From assembly GCA_001949185.1 (NCBI GenBank), contig BDGG01000002.1, positions 8,112,448-8,176,447 on the forward strand: a DNA stretch of 64,000 nucleotides, written 5' to 3'. Position numbers and translations under genes: made by a program. The notes below the pieces were generated by a model that saw only the letters and a list, made by a program, of their open reading frames with translations, did no database searches and was not told where the DNA came from. The DNA is from Ramazzottius varieornatus (lineage: Eukaryota > Animalia > Tardigrada). Every line of letters begins with the position of its first letter. Position 1 is the first letter of the stretch. Of the stretch, positions 1-12,211 are shown piece after piece.

Positions 1-304
1 CACAGGAAACAGCTATGTTCCTACGGCGCGTGGCGATGGATAACAATCAAGCTATGAAAGAATATCTGACCAGCTTCTTAGTTGAATCTTATACTGTCTA
101 TCGTATTCGACCGCAAACTACAGTACTTGTTCCAGGTTTCACTTCGTCATCTGCCAGAAATGTCGTCAAGCTCGTTTATATAGCCAAAACCTGGGTTTCG
201 GAGGATGATACCAAGGAGAACCAGCTCCCATCCGCTCTACACAAGATGGAGTTGATACAATACATTTACACAGTATAAAGAGTCAAACAATAAAAAAGCA
301 CAAT

Positions 305-310
305 TTTATT
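305..310 (-). terminator. Probable polyadenylation signal (AATAAA) of the Cys-repeat gene
   Basis: TTTATT on + equals AATAAA on -, about 65 nt downstream of the TAA stop at 375-377. Confidence 0.4.
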
Positions 311-374
311 AGGTGGAACGTGTGACAGCGTCAACAGTCCTTGCCAGCAAGAACATTCATGTATTAACGAGCAT

Positions 375-3300
375 TTACAGAGTGTTGATATTACGACTAA
401 ATTCATTTAGGGTCAGCTGCACCGGTGCCCCGCTATCGTTGAAACAGCACCATTGTCCCAGTTTACACTGGGGTGACTTGGACACTCGCTGGTTCTTGCA
501 GCGTGTCCTGAGGTCCTTGGTGGGCAGGCACACACCATTACTGATATCCGGCTTGGAGTTGGGGACGCATTGGGCTGTGTCGCTGACAGCCGCCACGGTG
601 TTGTCCACCGCTGGCGCCTGTACCTCAATCTTGACCTGCGTGTTGGCTTGGGGTGGTGGCACCACTGCGTTGTCCTCCGAAAAGCAACACCAGCTGCCCA
701 AATCGCAGTCGCTCGATGGCGAAGCCTTTTGTTCGATGCAACTGATTCTTAATTCGCGAATAGTCATGCAGGCACCATTCTTGATGGCTTGGTTAGAGTT
801 GGGTGAGCAGGTCTTGGTAGTACCGGAAGTGGCACTGCTGGTGCTGATCACCACTGATGAGCTTCCCTCCTTGTTAGTACTGCTAGCGGAAGAAGCGGAG
901 GCCGTACTGATGACCACCGATGGACCGTCGCTGGCTGCTGCTGCACTGCTAGCTTCCTTGTTGACCTGCACGCTGACTGATGGAGCGGAAGAAGGTGGTA
1001 GGTCAACGGCGGCTTGGTTACTGCCACCGCCTACCTCATTGTCCGAGTAGCAACAGAAGCGACCGAAAGCGCAGTCAGTGGAAGCTGAGGCTTTTTGATC
1101 GACACACTGTTGGCTCAGTTCGCGCATAGTCAGACATTTACCGTTCTTGACGTTGGGGTTGTCATTCGGCGTGCATTGTGCGCCTTGAGTGATGGATGGT
1201 CCGGCCAGCACGGCATTGCTGCTCTGTCCAGCAGCGTTCGCGCTGCCGTCGATGGTTATCTTGACTTCGACATTGGCTTCCTTGTTGGCCGAAGCGGCGC
1301 CTTGAGCGAAGCAACACCATTGATCGCCACCGCAGTTGTCGGACTTGGCCGCTGGGCGACCCTTACAGTCGTTAGCCAGGCTGGAAGTGGCCAAACAGGT
1401 ACCACGAGCCGCTGGATTGGAGCGCGGTGTACAGGCTGTGCCGACGGGAACGGTGCCAGGTAACGTTGCGGGGTTGATGCAGCACCACTGGTCGGATGAA
1501 CAGTCGGTGGACTTGGATGCCGAACGACCGCTGCATTGAGAGGACAGGCTTGCTGTGGGGAAACACTGGCCGGAAGCGGAAGGGTTGGTTGCTGGGCGAC
1601 AAGTGTTGCCACCAGCGCCTCCTGTGCTCTGAGTAGTGGAGCCAGCGGTGGCTTGGGTAGTGGAGCTACTGGTACTTTGGGTAGAAGAGCCACCGGAGGA
1701 GCCTTGAGTGGAAGAGGCAGGCGGAAGTTGCGTCGTTGTGGTCGATGTCGATCCTTCGCTACTGCAAATATACAGCCTAAATTAGGAAGGAAGATCCAAC
1801 CGGAAGTGACATGATCATCCAAGAGAAACTTCCCCGAGGCGAATAAACAAAGAAATTGTGCCGGAAAATAGAATCTTGAAGCAGTTCAGACAACGGAGCA
1901 AAAAATGAAAATGAAGAACCAACTGCAAATGACTGTGGCAAGCAGAAATCATGAAAGATGAGAATAGCCTTACTTTGGAGGGCTGGAGATGCAGCACCAT
2001 TGATCGGAGGCACAGTCGACGGACTTGGAAGCCGTACGACCACTGCACTGGGAGGACAGAATGGCGGTGGGGACGCATTGACCGGAAGCGGAAGGGTTAC
2101 TTGCTGGGCGGCAAGTGCCACTAAAAGACGAATATGAATAATCATCAGTAAAAAGCCAACCCAAAATGACACCACTGTTGTCAACGGACTGTCAGAAAGA
2201 ACTCCAATGAGCTGAATCGTGGCGTCGTGCTATTTTCGAAGCAGTTTTTACAGACGGAAATGGTGAATAATAGCTGAATTTTATTGATACACGTATACCG
2301 GAAATAAAAACAGCAGAAATAATTATGAACATCAACTTTACCTTGCAGGACCTGATACGCAGCACCATGATTGAGTATTACAGTCATCGGAACGAGAAGC
2401 TTGACGACTGGCGCATTGGGAGGCCACATTCTCGGACGAGATGCACTGTCCAGTAGCTGATAGATTGGTCTTGGGCCGGCAAGTGCCGCCATCGGCGCTG
2501 GCTGTCAGGGCAGGTTGCAAATCGGGGACTACTCCAGCGACCACACGGTTGGCCGATGGTTCATCGTCAATGCAGCACCACTCTTGCGGACCACAATCCG
2601 ATGACTTTGAGGCTTGATGACCACGACAAGAAGAAGCCAGGTTCTGCAGACCGATGCAGTGGCCACTGGCTGACGGGTTGGTGGCCACTCGACAGGTGGC
2701 GCTGTCACTTGTCGAAGCGCTTTGGGCTGTAAACATTCAGCCATGTTACTTTCGATTTTGCTGATCGACACGGAAATTCAGAGTATTCGAAAGTGAGTAA
2801 GTCCAGGTTTCTGTTAAACTCGTAAGGTACCTGCTGCGGAAACGTGCAGCCGTGTGCTGTCATCCTGGTTCAAGATACAGCACCATTCTTGGCTGGCACA
2901 ATCAGCCGATTTCGAAGCTTGACGTCCTTTGCACAGGGAAGCCAAGTTGTCGGCTTCGATACACTGGCCATTAGCCGAAGGATTGGATGCTGGTCGGCAG
3001 GAACCTTTGCTGCTGGCGCTGATACTGGCTGCCGACTCACTCGGTATGGACACTTCCACCGTTAGGCGATTTCCGGCAGGGACAGCTCCGGCACCGCCGA
3101 CCGCTTGCGGAGCTCGGAAACAGCAGAACTGGCTTGCTGCACACTGGTTGGACTTTGCCAGCTGTTGGCCGACACACTGGGTGGAGACCACGTTGGTGGT
3201 GATGCAGCGACCATTGGTTACCGTGGGGTTGGTCAGAGGGGAACAAGCGGTACCCTCGGGGATAGTACGTGGTGTAGTGGACGACGGTGTGGCGTTGGCG

Positions 3301-4902
3301 GAAGTGGTGGCGGTGGGGGTTGCGGCAGTGACGGTGGCAGGAGTCGGTGCTGGTGTAACAGCTCGGCTGAAACAGCAACGCTCGCCTGCAAGCAGGGAAT
3401 AGAGTCAGAAGACTATCCTGTCTGTTGGCAGGCATATAACACATGAACGATGAGAAAATGTTGGAGCTTCGACGAACACAACAAAAGACTTGACACAGTA
3501 ACTGCGAGTGGCTCGAGGGTCTCCTTGGCCGGTTTCATTTTCTTCGGTTGATTCGTTTTATAATCAAACCATGATTCCGAAATAGGAAGTTTGTCGCAAC
3601 AATGAGCAAAAGAGTCGCCACGGCTCTTCTGAGTTAATTATATGGTCCGAAGTTAATTATATGGTCCGAAGGGACAAGCCATACCTGTTTGGCAGTTGGT
3701 CGAAGGCGCCGCCGCGAAGGGAGTTTTGCACAGAGTTGACAAGGCCGCAGTGTTGACACATCGACCACCAGTGATACTTGGGTCGCTGCTGGGTGAGCAC
3801 GGCAATAGAGAACCTGGCGCCACGGTGGTGGTGGTGCTACCAGTGACACCTCCAACACCACCAGCGCCACCGTAGGCAGCCGTGGTGGAGGTAGCGTACT
3901 GTGTGCTGCTCAGTGTGGCAGTACGAGGCGTCGTGCTGCTGTTTCCACCGCTGCTGCGGTTGTAGTAAGTCCCGGCGTACTTGGTGCGCATACTGTAGCT
4001 GCTTCCGCCTCCACCTCCGCCTCCGCTTCCGCTGTTGCTATTGCTATTGCTGTTCGCATTGTTATTGTTCGAATAAGATCCACGGTGGTTGGTATTGCCG
4101 CTGCCAAAACCGCTGTTGTATCCAGTGTTACCGAAGCCCGAGTCGGAATCGAAGAAGGAATCATCGACGCTGGGCTCGTAACTAGGAAAGTTGAATTCGA
4201 TATCCATCGGCCCGAAACCAGCAGGCGGCGCTGCAATATAACACAGTTAAAATTTCATTTGGTTCCGGCTGTTGTTTCTATGATGTGACAACAGGCTAAA
4301 CAATGTTCCATGAGAAATCGTTTTGAGTAGAGCGTAACAGAGCCGATCACTTTCGCTCGACAAACTGGAATTTGAATATTCACACTTTCCAATTAATTCG
4401 ACAAAGGGGCAAAAGTAAAATGAATTTTTTCCTGCATCGTTAATACCTGGAGGACGAGGCATATTGGGCATGCGATTTGGATCGTTCTCAAAGTTGCCCA
4501 TTTTGGGTGCTTTCATTGGCATCGGAGGCCGAGGAGGACGTGGGGGATTCGGCAGAGCTGTAACATTGAGTTATCTGTTACTTTGTGCAAGATTGAACAT
4601 AGGAAGTGAGCCAAAACAACAGAGCACTTACAAATGCGAATCCTCTGGGAACTGCCTTGGTTGTTCAAGTTCATAGAATCATAGGCGGTGTCGAAGTTAT
4701 CATTAAAAGCATTACTTCTGCCGCCGGATGACGACCCATCAAGACTATTGGAGGAGGAACTGGGACTGGAGTAGGCTCGCGCACTCTTGCGCGGCTTATC
4801 GACGGCATAGATTATTGGAAGAAAACAGGAAGATAAAAGTAACCAAGAGGATAAAGAAGAGAGTCCGATGGAGTGACCCATGGATGAGCCGTCAAGTCTC
4901 AT
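375..4902 (-). CDS. Secreted ~1133-aa protein: signal peptide, Pro/Met-rich and Gly/Ser/Asn-rich N-terminus, then 11 six-cysteine repeats (C-x11/12-C-x9-C-x10/11-C-x5-CC) separated by Ser/Thr/Ala-rich linkers
   Basis: Seven exons joined at GT-AG sites with consistent phase: 4902-4632, 4557-4447, 4230-3685, 3385-2831, 2726-2342, 2120-1974, 1761-375 (3402 nt = 1134 codons). Hydrophobic leader LSSWLLLSSCFLPIIYA. Example repeat: CRPASNPSANGQCIEADNLASLCKGRQASKSADCASQEWCC. An alternative start ATG lies at 4881. Confidence 0.88.
3632..3671. repeat. Exact 19-bp tandem duplication in intron 3 of the Cys-repeat gene
   Basis: AGTTAATTATATGGTCCGA occurs twice in tandem, followed by AG. Confidence 0.9.
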
Positions 4903-5393
4903 CCGTCACTTCCCCAAAGACAATCCCCTAGTCCAAGAACAAGAGCAATTATCCCGCAATTAGCAACAGAGCTGTTATTCAGCGTAGCTCGTCCTCGATG
5001 GAAGGGACGGTTCAGCGAGCCAGACCGAGCTTCACTATTGAACAGCGCAAGGCGACGGTCGTTAACGAATTCAAGGCGAATCTCTATCCATCATTGTCCG
5101 TATCTTCGCATTCTTGCTTCGTGAATCTCACTTGCTTTGTGACGAGAATGAGGGCCACCAGCTATTAACGTTTCTCGGTCACTGGTCGATATGACAATTG
5201 ATAGTTGTAGAAAGAGCTGTGATTATGTTTGACCCGCTGATGAAGATGACTGATCGTCTTCAAGAGGCGAGAGATGGATCCTGCCATCAAGCGCGCTCTC
5301 TGCATTACTATACATTGCTGCGAGCTCAGTCATCAATAGTTTGCCATACTTGATGCTTATAACACGAATAATGTCACCATCTTCTGTGTCCGC

Positions 5394-5600
5394 TTGCACC
5401 AGGAAGCAAAACTTCCGGAGGTGTTACAACATTACAACTCAACGAAGACATCTGCCGATATAACATACATCCGCCGAACACCAAACTCTCGTTCTTCAAG
5501 GAAGCAAGCATCGACAAATTCTGTACCGCCAGTACTTGACTGCGACAACTGTGCGTCGGTACGAGGAGGAAGTTTGTGAGAACGTACCTACGGATACATC
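5394..5600 (+). mobile_element. Degenerate piggyBac-like transposase fragment
   Basis: KLPEVLQHYNSTKTSADI resembles the piggyBac motif KPxxxxxYNxTKGGVD around the third catalytic Asp. A decayed Cys-containing segment follows. No intact ORF or clear termini. Confidence 0.4.
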
Positions 5601-6539
5601 ATATTTCCACCAACCACCAAGCCTGTCTCCCAGACGTCCACCAAACAATGAAAACAAACAACAACATCAGCAAGCTATCAAAAACATTCGCCGAGAACTA
5701 GTCACGGTGGGTGATTCGAATATTACTGTAGTGCTACCAAATTATCGCGCACTCAACCACGTGAACAGTAAATGATGCCCGGTGTCAGCCAGCGAGGCTA
5801 AACTGATAACATCTGATCACACCGGACCAGCGATGACTCATCACGTGGTTCAGTGCACTATAATTTAGTAGCACTACAGTACCATGGGCTCCACAACATG
5901 TTCCAGGAAGAAACAAGAGAGACCACCCAATAGAAATTGTTGCCGTCAGTTCTAAACTGAATCAACTTCCACTCGTCAGCTAAATTAACTTTTTACGGTT
6001 GATTCCGCACTGTTTATTTCTGAAAACTTGGAATAGAACGTTGTGATTGTAAAAAGTTATTCCTTCGAATTCCCAGTGCAGGTCAGAAACTCAGAACGTA
6101 ACTGGCAAACTTTAAACGGCAACCCAACTTGTTTCCTAACGCATCTTACAATAAAGAATTGGCACCGTAGCACGTGCTCCTGATGAGTGTGAAAGGCATA
6201 AAGGAGTAACGCTCGCTGCAAGGCAGATGAACCCGGGTCGAAGCTGGTGACAGGTTTCATTCGACAATCCTTCGAATAAGTTCCGTTAGACCCGACCTGC
6301 TAAGAAAAAATGGATGCTCTCCGTTTTATATTAGTTTTGGCGGACCGACTCTTCTCTTGCGGGATTCCACCGCGACGAATGGAAGCCTAATCTGGGAACT
6401 GCTATCGGAGTATTGGATGATGGCAGAGTGCTCGGCTCGGCTGGTTGAAATAGTTATCGACTGACTGGATGTGACGTCACCGGAAGCACGTGGAACGAAG
6501 GCTTGTATGGACCACGTTGCTCTGCATTACCAGTCTATA

Positions 6540-7215
6540 CTTGAAGATGCCAATGATATGGGACAGGTTTGGGTCCTAGTCAGCGTAAAACAACCCCCAG
6601 TCGCGGTCTTTTCTGACTGAGGCTGGCAGCCGGAAACAGCTAATCACTCATTTACAGTGCTTTCTCGGCCGGGTGTCAGCGAGAGAACTTGATTTCTATC
6701 CAGCTGAGATAACAAAGTTTCATTTTCTCTTGCGCTTCTTCTTTGGTGCTCTGGACATCTTGATACAACCGTTGTGATGGCTCGGAATCATTACTCGGAC
6801 GCCGAGAAGCGTAGGATCCTCCAGTTACTCAGGAGGTTAATGCTGCACATCCTACTCTCAGTGAGGGCGATACTGTTGACGATGATGATAACGTTCTGGA
6901 CGTAAGTTTCTATGAAAACTCTTTTCTTCGGTCTGATGATAGCGAGATTGATGATAGAAATGGTTCTGATAATTCTGGCGAGTCTGATGAAAAGATGGAC
7001 GACGAGCAAATTTTGAATTCATAGAGTATGTGTATGGTACGCTCGAATTAAAATCAAGGTTGGTCGGGCTTTGCTGTCGTGGCTTTTAGAGAACAGGCTG
7101 TATGATGTTGAATAGAAGCGAATTACAGCTAAGCCTACTCTGTTTGATCTTTGCCAGGCGGCAGTTTTACACCCACCGGGACCCAAACCTGTCCCATATC
7201 ATTGGGACTTTAAAG
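6540..7215. mobile_element. Non-autonomous TA-TSD DNA transposon (MITE-like, Tc1/mariner-pogo type), 676 bp
   Basis: Left end CTTGAAGATGCCAATGATATGGGACAGGTTTGGGTCC versus right-end reverse complement CTTTAAAGTCCCAATGATATGGGACAGGTTTGGGTCC. TA flanks both ends (6538-6539, 7216-7217). An Asp-rich decayed reading frame lies inside. Confidence 0.8.
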
Positions 7216-7312
7216 TACTAATTCCGCTCAGAAGTTACGACTTACGACTGCGTTATATACCTCTCTCCCAGTCCTGTAAGAATATTTTTCTTCTTACCAA
7301 GACCAACCTTTC

Positions 7313-10300
7313 ATGGCTACCTTACCTTCGGAAATCTGTGTAGAAATAGAATCGTCAGCGGAGGATGTAATGATGGTCAGCTACAGCTCGCCAGATGGAA
7401 CAATCTATCGCGGCGTTCTTCTGAAAGTAAAAAAATGGTAAGCATTGCGTGTTGAGATGATCGTTCAACCGTTACCATCATTATCTGTTCGATGCAGGCC
7501 ATCACCTAGTGTGCTTCCTGTTCCTGCTCCTTTAACCGAGACAGGTGGAGCAGTGGAGGCTTCCTTGGTACCCGTCGCCTCCGTGAACTCGGTATCCCCT
7601 GCTACTTCTTCTCCCTCGGTCGTCTCAACAGGCATGGCAGATTATGCTGCTCTTCAGCACCGCTGGACCTACTTCATACAGGATACACCTCCTTTGCCTA
7701 GGAAAAATATACCCTCCCGCCGCGAGCGTGAACGTCTGCTTCAGGTCCCAAAACTACGGTAAAAGTCTTAGATTAAGAGTCATTTATTCAAATAAAAATT
7801 CGTCATAGCAGTCACGTGCGGTTGTGGCTTTTACGATGATGTTTTTGTCACGTGATGAATACTTCGCACGTCTCGACGTTGATCCCGGGCCCCGGCCGCA
7901 TTGTCACGTGGTTGCGGCATTCTCTTCGGCAGATCACCTGATATAGTATAAGTTCATGGAGTGATTTAGCACAGCCAGAGTCCATATATATGGACCGTGG
8001 CACAACTGATATATTTGTTCATTCTGGTGGTTCTACTTCTGGGTGACTTTTCTTGGGGTTTACAGGCCAAGAAATTTCCTCTGCGCGCGGTGCAGATACG
8101 CCTTGCCAGGTTTTGCTCAACCTCATACCACGCTAGCCACATCAGGAAGCTGTGCCAACGCCGAGCTCGTCCCTGCAGCGTCGTCCGAAGCAGTCCTTGT
8201 AAGTCTTTCTCCCACCGGCCAAAGAACTTTTTACGACGCTGCCGATGTTGCTTCCCAGTTACACACTCGTAAGCGCAAAGTTCCTCTCAAGCGTTCTCCA
8301 CTGCCCCCGCCACTGATGGAAAGTTGCTCCATTACGGACGGCAGCTCTACGGGAGACAGCAGCACAAGTCATCTCGACCAGCCACCTCAACAACAACCGC
8401 AGCAGGATGATGGTAACGCCGCTCAACAAAACTACAATAGACGGAGAAAAAGCAAAGCTGAACTGAATCAAAGTTCAGCACCTGTAGCCACCATTCTATC
8501 AGCGGACAACAGTTTAAAAATCAAGTTCAAACTGAGCAGCTTAGCACCTTCAGCACGGAGGGTTTCTCCTGCTTCTGGAAACGCGCGCACCGTTCAGGTG
8601 ACTTCAGTCGACAGGAAGTTATCTCCAGACGACGACGGCGATGATGACGACCGACCACGTTTGAAAATAGTGGATGATAGTGAAATCCAGAGTGAACTGA
8701 GAGCGAAAAGTGAGGAGATATCAGGTGAATCAGCAAAGGTATTATCGTTACCGTTGCCAACGTTGGAAGAGCATTCGGACAAGCCGGTTAATATACCTAA
8801 CCCGAAGCAGAAGAAGCGCTTGACGGAAAAGGCGCCGAGAGAAACGTCTTCGGCGAAACCCAAGACGCCCAAAGTAGCAAAGATAACCAGAAATAGTAAG
8901 ACTGCAACGTCCGCAATCCAAAAGGTACCTATTTGCACGATCAATACCGAAACTTCTGGCACTCATTTCGAGGTCTACGAATATCCTGAAGTACCTAAGA
9001 AGATATTCTGAAGATTAATGGCAGACGAACTGTGACGCGGAACGTAAACTTTAATTAAGTGACAATGGCCAGGGCGTGAGAGATGCGCCAAAGTTCTTGT
9101 ATGGCACTGTTGTGGGCAGATGTAATTTGATCATGGGCATGTTTTGCAGCTGCAGGAAAAACAAGAGCACGGTATTGCCAGAGGATCACATACAACAAAT
9201 GGAGACTCTCTGCCTAAACCTGTAGCTCGTGCTGTCACACGGTGTTCCACTAAGGATAACCGGCACTTTGCTGTCGGGGATGTCGTCTGGGGAAAGGTAT
9301 CAGGAGTTCCACTGCACTTTTCTTTAACATCTGTCTCCAGTAACCCTTCGCTAATCGTCCCGCATCCTGCCGCAGATCACAGGATACCCCTGGTGGCCAG
9401 GAATAATCAGACATATTGGTAAGAAACAACTGTACAACCGTACAAAAAGGTGATTAGCGCCTTGCGCCTGCAGAGTCTGGCATCGCGGTAAGAAGAGTCA
9501 GCGGAAAACAGTTGAAGACATTAAAACTTTTGTTCCTTAAGGGCAAAAATTACCTTGCGTTCCAGTTGTCGGAAAACCGACTTCTCTCCATAAACGCTGG
9601 CTGAAACAGTCGTACGAGGGTCATACGAGACACAGAGACCACTTAATGGATTGGATGCTTATGTCTGGGGATGGATTCCTAAATCGCCTGTCAGAATCTG
9701 GGGACGAACTGATGGTTCGTGCTAATGTTGGGCGGTTTCGGCAGGTTTCAAAATTTCCTGTTTTGCAGAAACATGGATTACTGCGCGCACTCAGAATTTA
9801 TGGCACTCGGCGACTGAGTGGTCTCTGCACCTCATAGGACCCTCGTACGACTATTTCCGTCAGCGCCCATCGAGAAAAGTCGGTTTTTGGACAACTCTGC
9901 CCTTAAGGTGATCGCACTACAATCGAGAACACCCCATGTACTGATTTCGATATCAGGCCACGAAGAGCGGTGATTTGGTCTGCAGTTTATCCGCTCAGCA
10001 TCGTATTTTGAGATCGGCTGCAAACTGATCATATTCTCGAGGAACCAGAATCTAAGAGGGCGGCGGAAAGAAAAATTCGGCGGTTGGATATCTGACAGAA
10101 AACCTGACGTTCGTAGTAAGTTTCGAAAGACATTGGATAAGATCTGTATTGCGACCACCTCAAGCCGATCTTTTAGAAAAACTTCAGCAGGAGGTATTGA
10201 TGGTTTCGAACGAAAGCTTAGATTCTCCGAAAGTTGTCAACTGACATGGGCCCAGGCCAAACGGAAATTCGTCTACTCTAAAGGACACAACACGTCAAAA

Positions 10301-11013
10301 TTCCCGACTGTCAGTCGGGCATTCGAGCGAAAACATTCGGGCTCTCGCGCGGTTTGGAACTGCACGATTTCGACCTGCCTGTTTTGCATTAACTGCAGCT
10401 GTTTAACATGGTAGCTGGCTTTAGGTTGTTCTTGGTGAAAGTATCCCCAGAGTTCAACATATCGTTTGAGCCACGAACCTCTCGTTCTGGGTTTTTACTC
10501 CCTAAAGGTACCCATGTCAGCATGATGAGACCTTTTGGTTTATTTGCAGTTATCTGCGACGATCCAGTACTACAGAAAACAGCCATCGCTCCATCCCTTT
10601 CCGGGTCACGAGCCACGTCGTCATTTCTACAGTACCAGGAAGCTCAGGTTGAATGGTATGGCCAAAAATCGTCCATTTCCTACATTGAGGTTGGTCAGCT
10701 GGCTCATTTCGCCGAAGACTTCGAACGCAAGTACAAACCAAAACTACGTGGTGCCTACCAGGAAGCGGTCACGTTGGCCAAGCAGGCAGTTAACGAGCAC
10801 CGTTCTAATGAAGACAGCGGTTACGAACCGTACAGTCAACGAATTCTCGAAGACGATGGTGAGCGGGAAGATGCGGGCTCGCAGTTCACGTACGAGAAAA
10901 GTCGAAAACAGTATGAGACGCTTGGCGATGTTACAGACGAAAAGTCAGCCCAGTCTACTGAACCAGTTCTTGATTCCATGAACATTGCAAATACAGTTTA
11001 CGATTTCGATTAG
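7313..11013 (+). CDS. PWWP2: PWWP domain-containing protein 2A/2B-like chromatin reader (~630 aa)
   Basis: Exons 7313-7437, 7498-7758, 8066-8924, 9156(or 9150)-9296, 9376-9418, 10550-11013, in frame. Family motifs: N-terminal VSY...YRGVLL, LRPRNFLCARC, and the PWWP domain VGDVVWGKITGYPWWPGII...QEAQVEWYG...FERKYKPKLRGAYQEAV. Confidence 0.9.
9541..9902. mobile_element. TTAA-flanked MITE with GGG...CCC termini (Kolobok-like) in PWWP2 intron 5
   Basis: TTAA|GGGCA...AGTTGTCGGAAAACCGACTTCTCTC at left and GAGAAAAGTCGGTTTTTGGACAACTCTGCCC|TTAA at right form an imperfect inverted repeat. TTAA at 9537-9540 and 9903-9906. Confidence 0.6.
9615..9845. mobile_element. Mariner-type MITE (231 bp, TA TSD) nested in the centre of the TTAA element
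   Basis: Left TA|CGAGGGTCATACGAGACACAGAGACCACT versus right-end reverse complement TA|CGAGGGTCCTATGAGGTGCAGAGACCACT. Confidence 0.75.
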
Positions 11014-12026
11014 AGCAGAAACGTTGCGTTTTCAGAGTCTTACTTCAATGTGCTGTGTGCAATAGACCGTTCCCCGCGGTGCATTTTGCTTTTTTCCGCA
11101 TACTGAAGCTGTGTACCGTATTAAAAAAAACACCAGAAAATGCCACGTGAACTGAGTTAGCTTCTTGAGCAGGTAAGCAATCATGACAACTCAGGCACTA
11201 ACCTAGGTTACGCGTTGTACAGCTGGTGCCGCATCTCCGGTGTTTTGGAAATTCGAAGATATACTCGCGAACATGCCGGTTTCAGGTTTACGAATAAAAT
11301 TAGAACGGTTAGCTGGGAAGGTTCAGGTTGAATGCTGAAGCTGGACCAGCGGTGCTGCTGCGGCACGCAGTACGATAACGCAGTGCGTACAGGGCGTGCT
11401 GTGGGTTGTCAGGCGATCAACTATTCTAGCTATTAGCATGCAGAAGGCGCAGGAGATGTCCCTTACCGTCTGTGACCGGGTTGAGCGACCTTGTAATGCT
11501 GCAGTGCTCAGTTAATGCATCTGCGTGAGATTTCAACGTAGCTTTGGGATCCAAAGTTTCCAAACCGAACCCTCTTGGTTTCCAGCTTTTCCTTCTACAC
11601 TCCGAAAGGAGCGTCTTTGAAGCCTAGAGACAGGCTGAAGAGACCACCATATAGTCAAGTGCGCAGCCGGAAATGTAAGGTCCAAACAACCGAACACAAA
11701 TCAAGCACACGAAAGAGAGGACAAAATGACCTCTATTCCTCACCACATCACATGTCTTATCCGATAATTAGGCAAACTGCGTGGAGACTAAAAACAACCT
11801 GCTGCCGGCCCACTGATTGTACGTTTCACTCCCCCACAGATAAGGTCGTGTCCTGAACATTTTTGAACTCGGCTGAAGCGCCACTCAGGAAAAAGTAACA
11901 TCAAATGCCCTGCCAGCTAATCTCAGTTTTGAATAAAGAAAATCGTTCCGCACTGATCATTTTCATCGTGACGGTGCGAAAAGGTATTGGGACATCGGTT
12001 TGCTGGTTTTGACGAGGGACATCTGG

Positions 12027-12095
12027 TCAGTTTTGGTCACCCATAGATAACGACTGACCAGTGGTCGCCCTTTCTGCCGACCACTTGCCCCTGTA
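12027..12095 (+). repeat. Dispersed repeat, copy A (copy B at 21890-21957)
   Basis: TCAGTTTTGGTCA.CCATAG..AACGAC...CCAGTGGTC.CCCTTT.....ACCACTTGCCC is shared in direct orientation. Confidence 0.7.
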
Positions 12096-12211
12096 CCAGG
12101 GGAGAAATTCCCCTCCCGAAAGTCCAGCGAAAAATTTCACGAGGGAGGTGTGGTAAGCTATCAGGAGCCAGTTATCCACTTGCTGCTCGTTTCACATGGT
12201 GGGGCACCTTG

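Noticed and set aside
15-278. 87-aa ORF or possible piggyBac C-terminal remnant
   Set aside because: Only a vague Cys pattern (ICQKC) in another frame, with no termini visible; too weak to call.
313-1050. 245-aa plus-strand ORF, and similar ORFs at 1095-1463, 2929-3402 and 8594-8962
   Set aside because: These are antisense shadows of low-complexity coding exons and have no independent motifs.
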